Below, in pieces: positions 45,711 through 58,200 of a DNA stretch of 64,000 nucleotides. The DNA lies in contig OZ024743.1 in assembly GCA_964016885.1 (NCBI GenBank), positions 141,546,001 to 141,610,000 on the forward strand, in the 5' to 3' direction. The stretch is from Eledone cirrhosa (lineage: Eukaryota). The number at the start of each line of letters is the position of its first letter. The stretch's first letter is position 1. Below the pieces are notes generated by a model. That model saw nothing but the letters and a program-made list of their open reading frames with translations, was not told where the DNA came from and made no database searches. The position numbers and the translations under genes were made by a program.

Positions 45711-48700
45711 TGGTGCTTGGTGCTTGGTGTTTGGTGCTTGGTGTTTGATGCTGCGTGCTTGGTGTTTGGTGTTTGGTGCTTGGTGCTTGGTGTTTGGTGT
45801 TTGGAGCTTGGTGCCTGCTGCTTGTTGTTTGGTGTTTGGTGCTTGGTGCTTGGTGCTTGGTATCTGGTGTTTGGTGCTTGATGTCTGGTGTTTGGTGCTT
45901 GGTGCTTGGTGCTTGGTGTTTGGTGTTTGGTGCTTGGTGCTTGGTGTTTGGTGCTTGGTGTTTGGTGTTTTGTGTTTGGTGCTTGGTGCTTGGTGCCTGG
46001 TGCTTGTTGCTTGGTGCTTGTTGATTGGTGCTTGGTGCTTGGTGATTAGTGTTTGGTGCTTGGTGCGTGCGGTTTGATGTTTGGTGCTTGGGGTTTGGTG
46101 TTTGGTGCTTGGTGCTTGGTGTTTGGTGCTTGGTGCTTGGTGCTTGGTGCTTGGTGTTTGGTGCTTGGTGTTTGGTGCTTGGTGCTTGGTGCTTGGTGCT
46201 TGGTGTTAGGTGTTTGGTGCTTGGTGCTTGGTGTTTGATGTTTGGTCCTTGGTGCTTGGTGTTTGGTGTTTGTTGCTTGGTGCTTGGTGTTTGGTGTTTG
46301 GTGCTTGCTGCTTGCTGCTTGGTGTTTGGTGCTTGGTGATTGGTGCTTGGTGTTTTGTGCTTGCTGTTTGGTGTTTGGTGCTTGGTGCGTGGGACTTAGT
46401 GTTTGGTATTTGGTGCTTGGTGTTTGGTGCTTGGTGTTTGGTGCTTGGTGTTTGGGGCTTGGTGTTCGGTGCTTGGTGCTTGGTGCTTGGGGCTTGGTGT
46501 TTGGTGTTTGGTGTTTGGTGCTTGGTGTATGGTGCTTGGTGCTTGGTGCTGGGTGGTTGGTGTTTGGTGCTTGGTGCTTGGTGTTTGGTGCTTGGTGCTT
46601 GGTGCTTGTTGTTTGGTGCTTGGTGCTTGGTGCTTGGTCTTTGGTGCATGGTGTTTGGTGTTTGGCGCTTGGTGCTTGGTGCTTCGTGATTGGTGCTTGG
46701 GGTTTGGTGGTTGGTGCTTGGTGCTTGGTGTTTGGTGTTTGGTGTTTGGTGTTTGGTGTTTGCTGTTTGGTGTCTGCTTTTTGGTGTTTGGTGTTTGCTG
46801 TATGGTGTTTGCTGTTTCGTATTTGGTTTTTGCTGTTTGGTGTTTGGTGTTTGCTGTTTGGTGTTTGGTGTTTGGTGTTTGGTGCTTGGTGCTTGGGGCT
46901 TGGTGTTTGGCGTTTGGTGCTTGGTGCTTGGTGTTTGGTGCTTCGTGCTTGGTGTTTGGTGTTTGGTGCTTGGTGCCTGGTGCTTGTTGTATGGTGTTTG
47001 GTGCTTGGTGCTTGGTGTTTGGTGTTTGCTGCTTGGTGTCTGGTGTTTGGTGCTTGGTGTTTGGTGTTTGGTGCTTGGTGCTTGGTGTTTGGTGTTTGGT
47101 GCTTGGTGCTTGGTGTTTGGTGTTTGGTGCTGGGTGCATGGAGTTTGGTGCTTGGTGCTTAGTGCTTGGTGTTTGGTGTTTGGTGCTTGGTATTTGGTGT
47201 TTGGTGTTTGATGCTTGGTGTGTGGTGCTTGGTGCTTGGTGTTTTGTGTTTGGTGCTTGGTGCTTGGTGACTGGTGCTTGGTGCTTGGTGCTTGTTGTTT
47301 GGTGCTTGGTGCTTGGTGATTAGTGTTTGGTGCTTGGTGCTTGGTGTTTGGTGCTTGGTGTTTGGTGCTTGGTGCCTGGTGCTTGGTGTTTGGTGTTTGA
47401 TGCTTGGTGTTTGGTGTTTGGTGTTTGGTACTTGGTGTTCGGTGCTTGGTGCTTGGTGCTTGGTGCTTGGTGTTTGGTGTTTGGTGCTTGGTGCTTGGTG
47501 TTTGGTGTTTGGTCCTTGGTGCTTGGTGTTTGGTGTTGTGTGCTTGGCGCTTGGTGGTTGGTGTTTGGTGCTTGGTGCTTGGTGCGTGGTGTTTGGCGTT
47601 TCCTGTTTGCTGTTTGGTGTTAGGTGTTTGCTGTTTGGTGTTTGCTGTTTGGTGTTTGGTGTTTGGTGCTTGCTGTTTGGTGCTTGGTGCTTGGTGCTGG
47701 GTGTTTGGTGCTTGGTGCTTGGTGCTTGGTGATTGGTGCTTGGTGTTTGGTCCTTGGTGCTTGGTGCATGGTCTTTGGTGCTTGGGTTTTGATGTTTGGT
47801 GCTTGGTGCTTGGTGTTTGGTGCTTGGTGCTTGGTGCTTGGTGTTTGGTGTTTGGTGCTTGCTGCTTGGTGCTTGGTGTTTGGTGCTTGGTGCTTGGTGA
47901 GTAGTGTTTGGTGATTGGTGCTTGGGGTTTTGTGTTTGGGGCTTGGTGTTTGGTGCTTAGTGCTTGCTGTTTGGTGTTTGGTGTTTGGTTCTTGGTGCTT
48001 GGTGTTTGGTGTTTGGTGTTTGGTGCTTGGTGCTTGGTGCTTGGTGTTTGGTGCTTGGTGCTTGGTGCTTGGTGTTTGGTGCTGCGTGCTTGGTGTTTGG
48101 TGTTTGGTGCTTGGTGCCTGGTGCTTGTTGTTTGGTACTTGGTGCTTGGTGCTTGGTGTTTGGTGCTTGGTGTTTGATGCTGCCTGCTTGGTGTTTGGTG
48201 TTTGGTGCTTGGTGCTTGGTGGCTGGTGTTTGGTGCTTGGTGTTTGGAGTTTGGTGCTTGGTGCTTGGTGCCTGGTGTTTCGTGCTTGGTGCTTGGTGCT
48301 TGGTGTTTGGTGTTTGGTGCTTGGTGTTTGGTGTTTGGTACTTGGTGCTTGGTGCTTGGTGCTTGGTGTTTGGTGCTTGGTGTTTGATGCTGCCTGCTTG
48401 GTGTTTGGTGTTTGGCGCTTGGTGCTTGGTGTTTGGTGTTTGGTGCTTGGTGCTTGGTGCTTGGTATCTGGTGTTTGGTGCTTGATGTTTGGTGTTTGGT
48501 GCTTGGTGTTTTGTGTTTGGTGATTGGTGCTTGGTGCCTGGTGCTTGCTGCTTGGTGCTTGTTGTTTGGTGCTTGGTGCTTGGTGATTAGTGTTTGGTGC
48601 TTGGTGCTTGCGGTTTGGTGTTTGGTGCTTGGGGTTTGGTGCTTGGTGCTTGGTGCTTGGTGTTTGGTGCTTGGTGCTTGGTGTTTGGTGCTTGGTGCTT

Positions 48701-51700
48701 GGTGTTTGGTGTTTGGCGTTTGCTGTTTGCTGTTTGCTGTTTGGTGCTTGCTGTTTGGTGCTTGGTGCTTGGTGTTTGGTGTTTGGTGTTTTGTGCTTGG
48801 TGCTTGGTGTTTGGTGCTTGGTGCTTGGTGCTGTGTGTTTGGTGCTTGGTGCTTGGTGTTTGGTGCTTGGTGCTTGGTGCTTGGTGTTTGCTCCTTGGTG
48901 CTTGGTGCTTGGTCTTTGGTGCTTGGGTTTTGGTGTTTGGTGCATGGTGCTTGGTGTTTGGTGCTTGGTTCTTGGTGCTTGGTGCTTGGTGTTTGGTGAT
49001 TGCTGCTTGGTGCTTGGTGTTTGGTGCTTGGTGCTTGGTGATTAGTGTTTGGTGATTGGTGCTTGGGGTTTGCTGTTTGGTGCTTGGTGTTTGGTGCTTG
49101 GTGCTTGCTGTTTGGTGTTTGGTGTTTGGTTCTTGGTGCTTGGTGTTTGGTGTTTGGTGTCTGGTGCTTGGTGCTTGGTGCTTGGTGTTTGGTGCTTGGT
49201 GCTTGGTGCTTGGTGTTTGGTGCTGCGTGCTTGGTGTTTGGTGCTTGGTGCTTGGTGATTAGTGTTTGGTGCTTTGTGTTTGGTGCTTGGTGTTTGGTGC
49301 TTGGTGCTTGGTGCTTAGTGCTTGGTGTTAGGTGTTTGGTGCTTGGTGATTGGTGTTTGATGTTAGGTTCTTGGTGCTTGGTGTTTGGTGTTTGGTGCTT
49401 GGTGCTTGGTGTTAGGTGTTTGGTGCTTGGTGCTTGGTGCTTGGTGCTTGGTGTTAGGTGTTTGGTGCTTGGTGCTTGGTGTTTGGTGCTTGGTGCTTTG
49501 TGTTTGGTGCTTGGTGTTTGGTGCTTGGTGCTTGGTGCTTGGTGCTTGGTGTTAGGTGTTTGGTGTTTGGTGATTGGTGTTTGATGTTAGGTTCTTGGTG
49601 CTTGGTGTTTGGTGTTTGGTGCTTGGTGCTTGGTGTTTGGTGTTTGGTGCTTGGTGCTTGGTGCTTGGTGCTTGGTGTTTGGTGTTTGGTGTTTGATGCT
49701 TGGTGTTTGCTGCTTGGTGCTTGGTGCTTGGTGTTTTGTGTTTGGTGTTTGATGCTGCGTGCTTGGTGTTTGGTGTTTGGTGCTTGGTGCTTGGTGTTTG
49801 GTGTTTGGAGCTTGGTGCCTGGTGCTTGTTGTTTGGTGTTTGGCGCTTGGTGCTTGGTGTTTGGTGTTTGGTGCTTGGTGCTTGGTGCTTGGTATCTGGT
49901 GTTAGGTGCTTGATGTTTGGTGTTTGGTGCTTAGTGTTTGGTGTTTGGTGCATGGTGCTTGGTGTTTGGTGCTTGGTGTTTGGTGTTTGGTGTTTGATGC
50001 TTGGTGTTTGCTGCTGGCTGCTTGCTGCTTGGTGTTTGGTGCTAGGGGCTTGGTGCTTGGTGCTTGGTGTTTGGTGCTTGGTGCTTGGTGCCTGGTGCTT
50101 GGTGCTTGGTGCTTGTTGTTTGGTGCTTGGTGCTTGGTGATTAGTGTTTGGTGCTTGGTGCTTGAGGTTTGGTGTTTGGTGCTTGGGGTTTGGTGTTTGG
50201 TGCTTGGTGCTTGGTGTTTGGTGCTTGGTGCTTGGTGCTTGGTGTTTGGTGCTTGGTGCTTGGTGTTTGGTGCTTGGTGCTTGGTGTTTGGTGTTTGGCG
50301 TTTGCTGTTTGCTGTTTTGTGCTTGGTGCTTGGGGTTTGGTGTTTGGTGCTTGGTGCTTGGTGTTTGGTGCTTGGTGCTTGGTGCTGGGTGTTTGGTGCT
50401 TGGTGCTTGGTGTTTGGTGCTTGGTGCTTGGTGCTTGGTGTTTGGTCCTTGGTGCTTGGTGCTTGGTCTTTGGTGCTTGGGGTTTGGTGTTTGGTGCTTG
50501 GTGCTTGGTGTTTGGTGCTTGGTTCTTGGTGCTTGGTGCTTGGTGTTTGGTGATTGCTGCTTGGTGCTTGGTGTTTGGTGCTTGGTGCTTGGTGACTAGT
50601 GTTTGGTTATTGGTGCTTGGGGTTTGCTGTTTGGTGCTTGGTGTTTGGTGCTTGGTGCTTGCTGTTTGGTGTTTGTTGTTTGGTTCTTGGTGCTTGGTGT
50701 TTGGTGTTTGGTGTTTGGTGCTTGGTGCTTGGTGTTTGGTGCTTGGTGCTTGGTGCTTGGTGTTTGGTGCTGCGTGCTTGGTGTTTGGTGTTTGGTGCTT
50801 GGTGCCTGGTGCTTGTTGTTTGGTGCTTAGTGCTTGGTGTTTGGTGTTTGGTGCTTGGTGCTTGGTGGCTGGTGCTTGGTGCTTGGTGTTTGGAGTTTGG
50901 TGCTTGGTGCTTGGTGCCTGGTGTTTCGTGCTTGGTGCTTGGTGCTTGGTGTTTGGTGTTTGGTGCTTGGTGTTTGGTGTTTGGTACTTGGTGCTTGGTG
51001 CTTGGTGCTTGGTGTTTGGTGCTTGGTGTTTGATGCTGCGTGCTTGGTGTTTGGTGTTTGGTGCTTGGTGCTTGGTGTTTGGTGTTTGGAGCTTGGTGCC
51101 TGCTTTTTGTTGTTTGGTGTTTGGTGCTTGGTGCTTGGTGCTTGGTATCTGGTGTTTGGTGCTTGATGTCTGGTGTTTGGTGCTTGGTGCTTGGTGCTTG
51201 GTGTTTGGTGTTTGGTGCTTGGTGCTTGGTGTTTGGTGCTTGGTGTTTGGTGTTTGGTGTTTGATGCTTGGTGCCTGGTGCTTGGTGCTTGGTGCTTGTT
51301 GTTTGGTGCTTGGTGCTTGGTGATTAGTGTTTGGTGCTTGGTGCTTGCGGTTTGATGTTTGGTGCTTGGGGTTTGGTGTTTGGTGCTTGGTGCTTGGTGT
51401 TTGGTGCTTGGTGCTTGGTGCTTGGTGCTTGGTGCTTGGTGTTTGGTGCTTGGTGCTTGGTGTTTGGTGCTTGGTGTTTGGTCCTTGGTGCTTGGTGCTT
51501 GGTGTTAGGTGTTTGGTGCTTGGTGCTTGGTGTTTGATGTTTGGTCCTTGGTGCTTGGTGTTTGGTGTTTGTTGCTTGGTGCGTGGTGTTTGGTGTTTGG
51601 TGCTTGCTGCTTGCTGCTTGGTGTTTGGTGCTTGGTGATTGGTGCTTGGTGTTTTGTGCTTGGTGCTTGGTGTTTGGTGTTTGGTGCTAGGGGCTTGGTG

Positions 51701-54700
51701 CTTGGTGCTTGGTGTTTGGTGCTTGGTGCTTGCTGTTTGGTGTTTGGTGCTTGGTGCGTGGGACTTAGTGTTTGGTGTTTGGTGCTTGGTGTTTGGTGCT
51801 TGGTGTTTGGTGCTTGGTGTTTGGGGCTTGGTGTTCGGTGCTTGGTGCTTGGTGCTTGGGGCTTGGTGTTTGGTGTTTGGTGCTTGGTGCTTGGTGTTTG
51901 ATGTTGGGTCCTTGGTGCTTGGTGTTTGGTGTTTGGTGCTTTGTGTTTGGTGTTTGGTGCTTGGTGCTTGGTGTTTGGTGTTTGGTGCTTGGTGCTTGGG
52001 GCTTGGTGTTTGGTGCTTGGTGCTTGGTGTTTGGTGCTTCTGCTTGGGGCTTGGTAGTTGGTGCTTGGTGCTTGGTGCCTGGTGTTTGGTGTTTGGTGTT
52101 TGGTGCTTGGTGTATGGTGCTTGGTGCTTGGTGCTGGGTGGTTGGTGTTTGGTGCTTGGTGCTTGGTGTTTGGTGCTTGGTGCTTGGTGCTTGTTGTTTG
52201 GTGCTTGGTGCTTGGTTCTTGGTCTTTGGTGCATGGTGTTTGGTGTTTGGCGCTTGGTGCTTGGTGCTTCGTGATTGGTGCTTGGGGTTTGGTGTTTGGT
52301 GCTTGGTGCTTGGTGTTTGGTGTTTGGTGTTTGGTGTTCGGTGTTTGCTGTTTGGTGTCTGCTTTTTGGTATTTGGTGTTTGCTGTATGGTGTTTGCTGT
52401 TTCGTATTTGGTTTTTGCTGATTGGTGTTTGGTGTTTGCTGTTTGGTGTTTGGTGTTTGGTGTTTGGTGCTTGGTGCTTGGTGCTTGGTGTTTGGCGTTT
52501 GGTGCTTGGTGCTTGGTGTTTGGTGCTTCGTGCTTGGTGTTTGGTGTTTGGTGCTTGGTGCCTGGTGCTTGTTGTATGGTGTTTGGTGCTTGGTGCTTGG
52601 TGTTTGGTGTTTGCTGCTTGGTGTCTGGTGTTTGGTGCTTGGTGTTTGGTGTTTGGTGCTTGGTGCTTGGTGCTTGGTGTTTGGTGTTTGGTGCTTGGTG
52701 CTTGGTGTTTGGTGTTTGGTGCTGGGTGCATGGAGTTTGGTGCTTGGTGCTTAGTGCTTGGTGTGTGGTGCTTGGTGCTTGGTGTTTTGTGTTTGGTTCT
52801 TGGTGCTTGGTGACTGGTGCTTGGTGCTTGGTGCTTGTTGTTTGGTGCTTGGTGCTTGGTGATTAGTGTTTGGTGCTTGGTGCTTGGTGTTTGGTGCTTG
52901 GTGTTTGGTGCTTGGTGCCTGGTGCTTGGTGTTTGGTGTTTGATGCTTGGTGTTTGGTGTTTGGTGTTTGGTACTTGGTGTTCGGTTCTTGGTGCTTGGT
53001 GCTTGGTGCTTGGTGTTTGGTGTTTGGTGCTTGGTGCTTGGTGTTTGATGTTTGGTCATTGGTGCTTGGTGTTTGGTGTTGTGTGCTTGGTGCTTGGTGG
53101 TTGGTGTTTGGTGCTTGGTGCTTGGTGCTTGGTGTTTGGCGTTTCCTGTTTGCTGTTTGGTGTTTGGTGTTTGCTGTTTGGTGTTTGCTGTTTGGTGTTT
53201 GGTGTTTGGTGCTTGCTGTTTGGTGCTTGGTGCTTGGTGTATGGTGTTTGGTGCTTGGTGTTTGGTGCTTGATGCTTGGTGCTGGGTGTTTGGTGCTTGG
53301 TGCTTGGTGTTTGGTGCTTGGTGATTGGTGCTTGGTGTTTGGTCCTTGGTGCTTGGTGCATGGTCTTTGGTGCTTGGGTTTTGGTGTTTGGTGCTTGGTG
53401 CTTGGTGTTTGGTGCTTGGTGCTTGGTGCTTGGTGCTTGGTGTTTGGTGCTTGCTGCTTGGTGCTTGGTGTTTGGTGCTTGGTGCTTGGTGAGTAGTGTT
53501 TGGTGATTGGTGCTTGGGGTTTGGTGTTTGGGGCTTGGTGTTTGGTGCTTAGTGCTTGCTGTTTGGTGTTTGGTGTTTGGTTCTTGGTGCTTGGTGTTTG
53601 GTGTTTGGTGTTTGGTGCTTGGTGCTTGGTGCTTGGTGTTTGGTGCTTGGTGCTTGGTGCTTGGTGTTTGGTGCTGCGTGCTTGGTGTTTGGTGTTCGGT
53701 GCTTGGTGCCTGGTGCTTGTTGTTTGGTGTTTGGTGCTTAGTGCTTGGTGTTTGGTGTTTGGTGCTTGGTGCTTGGTGGCTGGTGTTTGGTGCTTGGTGT
53801 TTGGAGTTTGGTGCTAGGTGCTTGGTGCCTGGTGTTTCGTGCTTGGTGCTTGGTGCTTGGTGTTTGGTGTTTGGTGCTTGGTGTTTGGTGTTTGGTACTT
53901 GGTGCTTGGTGCTTGGTGCTTGGTGTTTGGTGCTTGGTATTTGATGCTGCCTGCTTGGTGTTTGGTGTTTGGTGCTTGGTGCTTGGTGTTTGGCGTTTGG
54001 AGCTCGGTGCCTGGTGCTTGTTGTTTGGTGTTTGGCGCTTGGTGCTTGGTATCTGGTGTTTGGTGCTTGATGTTTGGTGTTTGGTGCTTGGTGTTTTGTG
54101 TTTGGTGATTGGTGCATGGTGCCTGGTGCTTGGTGCTTGGTGCTTGTTGTTTGGTGCTTGGTGCTTGGTGATTAGTGTTTGGTGCTTGGTGCTTGCGGTT
54201 TGCTGTTTGGTGCTTGGGGTTTGGTGCTTGGTGCTTGGTGCTTGGTGTTTGGTGCTTGGTGCTTGGTGTTTGGTGCTTGGTGCTTGGTGTTTGGTGTTTG
54301 GTGTTTGCTGTTTGCTGTTTGCTGTTTGGTGCTTGCTGTTTGGTGCTTGGTGCTTGGTGTTTGGTGTTTGGTGTTTTGTGCTTGGTGCTTGGTGTTTGGT
54401 GCTTGGTGCTTCGTGCTGGGTGTTTGGTGCTTGGTGCTTGGTGTTTGGTGCTTGGTGCTTGGTGCTTGGTGTTTGGTCCTTGGTGCTTGGTGCTTGGTCT
54501 TTGGTGCTTGGGTTTTGGTGTTTGGTGCTTGGTGCTTGGTGTTTGGTGCTTGGTTCTTGGTGCTTGGTGCTTGGTGTTTGGTGATTGCTGCTTGGTGCTT
54601 GGTGTTTGGTGCTTGGTGCTTGGTGATTAGTGTTTGGTGATTGGTGCTTGGGGTTTGCTGTTTGGTGCTTGGTGCTTGCTGTTTGGTGTTTGGTGTTTGG

Positions 54701-55230
54701 TTCTTGGTGCTTGGTGTTTGGTGTTTGGTGTCTGGTGCTTGGTGCTTGGTGCTTGGTGTTTGGTGCTTGGTGCTTGGTGCTTGGTGTTTGGTGCTGCGTG
54801 CTTGGTGTTTGGTGCTTGGTGCTTGGTGATTAGTGTTTGGTGCTTTGTGTTTGGTGCTTGGTGTTTGGTGCTTGGTGCTTGGTGCTTGGTGCTTGGTGTT
54901 AGGTGTTTGGTGCTTGGTGATTGGTGTTTGATGTTAGGTTCTTGGTGCTTGGTGTTTGGTGTTTGGTGCTTGGTGCTTGGTGTTTGGTGTTTGGTGCTTG
55001 GTGCTTGGTGCTTGGTGCTTGGTGTTAGGTGTTTGGTGCTTTGTGCTTGGTGTTTGGTGCTTGGTGCTTTGTGTTTGGTGCTTGGTGTTTGGTGCTTGGT
55101 GCTTGGTGCTTGGTGCTTGGTGTTAGGTGTTTGGTGCTTGGTGATTGCTGTTTGATGTTAGGTTCTTGGTGCTTGGTGTTTGGTGTTTGGTGCTTGGTGC
55201 TTGGTGTTTGGTGTTTGGTGCTTGGTGCTT
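44090..55230 (+). repeat. More diverged tandem duplication with a ~5.3-5.6-kb period (about 44090-49650 and 49700-55230)
   Basis: Matching translations 44093/49700 (5607), 46210/51509 (5299), 47908/53500 (5592) and 49045/54630 (5585). Shared private variants TTGGTGA-GTAGTGT, TTCCTGT, TGCCTGC and CTGCTTT. Confidence 0.82.
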
Positions 55231-58200
55231 GGTGCTTGGTGCTTGGTGTTAGGTGTTTGGTGCTTGGTGATGGGTGCTTGGTGTTTGGTCCTTGGTGCTT
55301 GGTGCATGGTCTTTGGTGCTTGGGTTTTGGTGTTTGGTGCTTGGTGCTTGGTGTTTGGTGCTTGGTGCTTGGTGCTTGGTGCTTGGTGTTTGGTGCTTGC
55401 TGCTTGGTGCTTGGTGTTTGGTGCTTGGTGCTTGGTGATTAGTGTTTGGTGATTGGTGCTTGGGGTTTGGTGTTTGGGGCTTGGTGTTTGGTGGTTAGTG
55501 CTTGCTATTTGGTGTTTGGTGTTTGGTTCTTGGTGCTTGGTGGCTGGTGTTTGGTGCTTGGTGCTTGTTGTTTGGTGTTTGGTGTTTGGTGCTTGGTGCT
55601 TGGTGGCTGGTGTTTGGTGCTTGGTGTTTGGAGTTTGGTGCTTGGTGCTTGGTGCCTGGTGTTTCGTGCTTGGTGCTTGGTGCTTGGTGTTTGGTGATTG
55701 GTGCTTGGTGTTTGGTGTTTGGTGCTTGGTGCTTGGTGCTTGGTGCTTGGTGCTTGGTGTTTGATGCTGCGTGCTCGGTGTTTGGTGTTTGGTGCTTGGT
55801 GCTTGGTGTTTGGTCTTTGGAGCTCGGTGCCTGGTGCTTGTTGTTTGGTGTTTGGCGCTTGGTGCTTGGTGTTTGGTGTTTGGTGCTTAGTGCTTGGTGT
55901 TTGGTGCTTGGTGCTTGGTGCTTGGTGTTTTGTGTTTGGTGATTGGTGCTTGGTGCCTGGTGCTTGGTGCTTGGTGCTTGTTGTTTGGTGCTTGGTGCTT
56001 GGTGATTAGTGTTTGGTGCTTGGTGCTTGCGGTTTGGTGTTTGGTGCTTGGGGTTTGGTGCTTGGTGCTTGGTGCTTGGTGTTTGGTGCTTGGTGCTTGG
56101 TGTTTGGTGCTTGGTGCTTGGTGTTTGGTGTTTGGCGTTTGCTGTTTGCTGTTTGGTGTTTGGTGCTTGCTGTTTGGTGCTTGGTGCTTGGTGTTTGGTG
56201 TTTGGTGTTTTGTGCTTGGTGCTTGGTGTTTGGTGCTTGGTGCTTGGTGCTGGGTGTTTGGTGCTTGGTGCTTGGTGTTTGGTGCTTGGTGCTTGGTGCT
56301 TGGTGTTTGGTCCTTGGTGCTTGGTGCTTGGTCTTTGGTGCTTGGGTTTTGGTGTTTGGTGCTTGGTGCTTGGTGTTTGGTGCTTGGTTCTTGGTGCTTG
56401 GTGCTTGGTGTTTGGTGATTGCTGCTTGGTGCTTGGTGTTTGGTGCTTGGTGCTTGGTGATTAGTGTTTGGTGATTGGTGCTTGGGATTTGCTGTTTGGT
56501 GCTTGGTGTTTGGTGCTTGGTGCTTGATGTTTGGTGTTTGGTGTTTGGTTCTTGGTGCTTGGTGTTTGGTGTTTGGTGTCTGGTGCTTGGTGCTTGGTGG
56601 CTGGAGCTTGGTGCTTGGTGTTTGGAGTTTGGTGCTTGGTGCTCGGTGCCTGGTGTTTCGTGCTTGGTGCTTGGTGCTTGGTGTTTGGTGTTTGGTGCTT
56701 GGTGTTTGGTGTTTGGTACTTGGTGCTTGGTGCTTGGTGTTTGGTGCTTGGTGTTTGATGCTGCGTGCTTGGTGTTTGGTGTTTGGTGCTTGGTGCTTGG
56801 TGTTTGGTGTTTGGAGCTTGGTGCCTGCTGCTTGTTGTTTGGTGTTTGGTGCTTGGTGCTTGGTGCTTGGTATCTGGTGTTTGGTGCTTGATGTTTGGTG
56901 TTTGGTGCTTGGTGCTTGGTGCTTGGTGTTTGGTGTTTGGTGCTTGGTGCTTGGTGTTTGGTGCTTGGTGTTTGGTGTTTGGTGTTTGATGCTTGGTGTT
57001 TGCTGCTTGGTGCTTGGTGCTTGGTGTTTTGTGTTTGGTGCTTGGTGCTTGTTGTTTGGTGCTTGGTGCTTGGTGATTAGTGTTTGGTGCTTGGTGCTTG
57101 TGGTTTGATGTTTGGTGCTTGGGATTTGGTGTTTGGTGCTTGGTGCTTGGTGTTTGGTGCTTGGTGCTTGGTGCTTGGTGTTTGGTGCTTGGTGCTTGGT
57201 GTCTGGTGCTTGGTGCTTGGTGCTTGGTGTTAGGTGTTTGGTGCTTGGTGCTTGGTGTTTGATGTTTGGTCCTTGGTGCTTGGTGTTTGGTGTTTGGTGC
57301 TTGCTGCTTGCTGCTTGGTGTTTGGTGCTTGGTGATTGGTGCTTGGTGTTTGTGCTTGGTGCTTGGTGTTTGGTGTTTGGTGCTAGGGGCTTGGTGCTTG
57401 GTGCTTGGTGTTTGGTGCTTGGTGCTTGCTGTTTGGTGCTTGGTGTTTGGTGATTGGTGTTTGGGGCTTGGTGTTCGGTGCTTGGTGCTTGGTGCTTGGG
57501 GCTTGGTGTTTGGTGTTTGGTGCTTGGTGCTTGGTGTTTGATGTTGGGTCCTTGGTGCTTGGTGTTTGGTGTTTGGTGTTTGGTGTTTGGTGTTTGGTGC
57601 TTGGTGCTTGGTGTTTGGTGTTTGGTGCTTGGTGCTTGGGGCTTGGTGTTTGGTGCTTGGTGCTTGGTGTTTGGTGCTTCTGCTTGGGGCTTGGTAGTTG
57701 GTGCTTGGTGCTTGGTGCCTGGTGTTTGGTGTTTCGTGTTTGGTGCTTGGTGTATGGTGCTTGGTGCTTGGTGCTGGGTGGTTGGTGTTTGGTGCTTGGT
57801 GCTTGGTGTTTGGTGCTTGGTGCTTGGTGCTTGTTGTTTGGTGCTTGGTGCTTGGTGCTTGGTCTTTGGTGCATGGTGTTTGGTGTTTGGCGCTTGGTGC
57901 TTGGTGCTTCGTGATTGGTGCTTGGTGCTTGGTGTTTGGTGCTTGGTGCTTGGTGATTAGTGTTTGTTGCTTGGTGCTTGGGGTTTGGTGGTTGGTGCTT
58001 GGTGCTTGGTGTTTGGTGTTTGGTGTTTGGTGTTTGGTGTTTGTGGAATGGTGTTTGGTGTTTCGTATTTGGTTTTTGCTGTTTGGTGTTTGGTGTTTTC
58101 TGTTTGGTGTTTGGTGTTTGGTGTTTGGTGCTTGGTGCTTGGTGCTTGGTGTTTGGCGTTTGGTGCTTGGTGCTTGGTGTTTGGTGCTTCGTGCTTGGTG

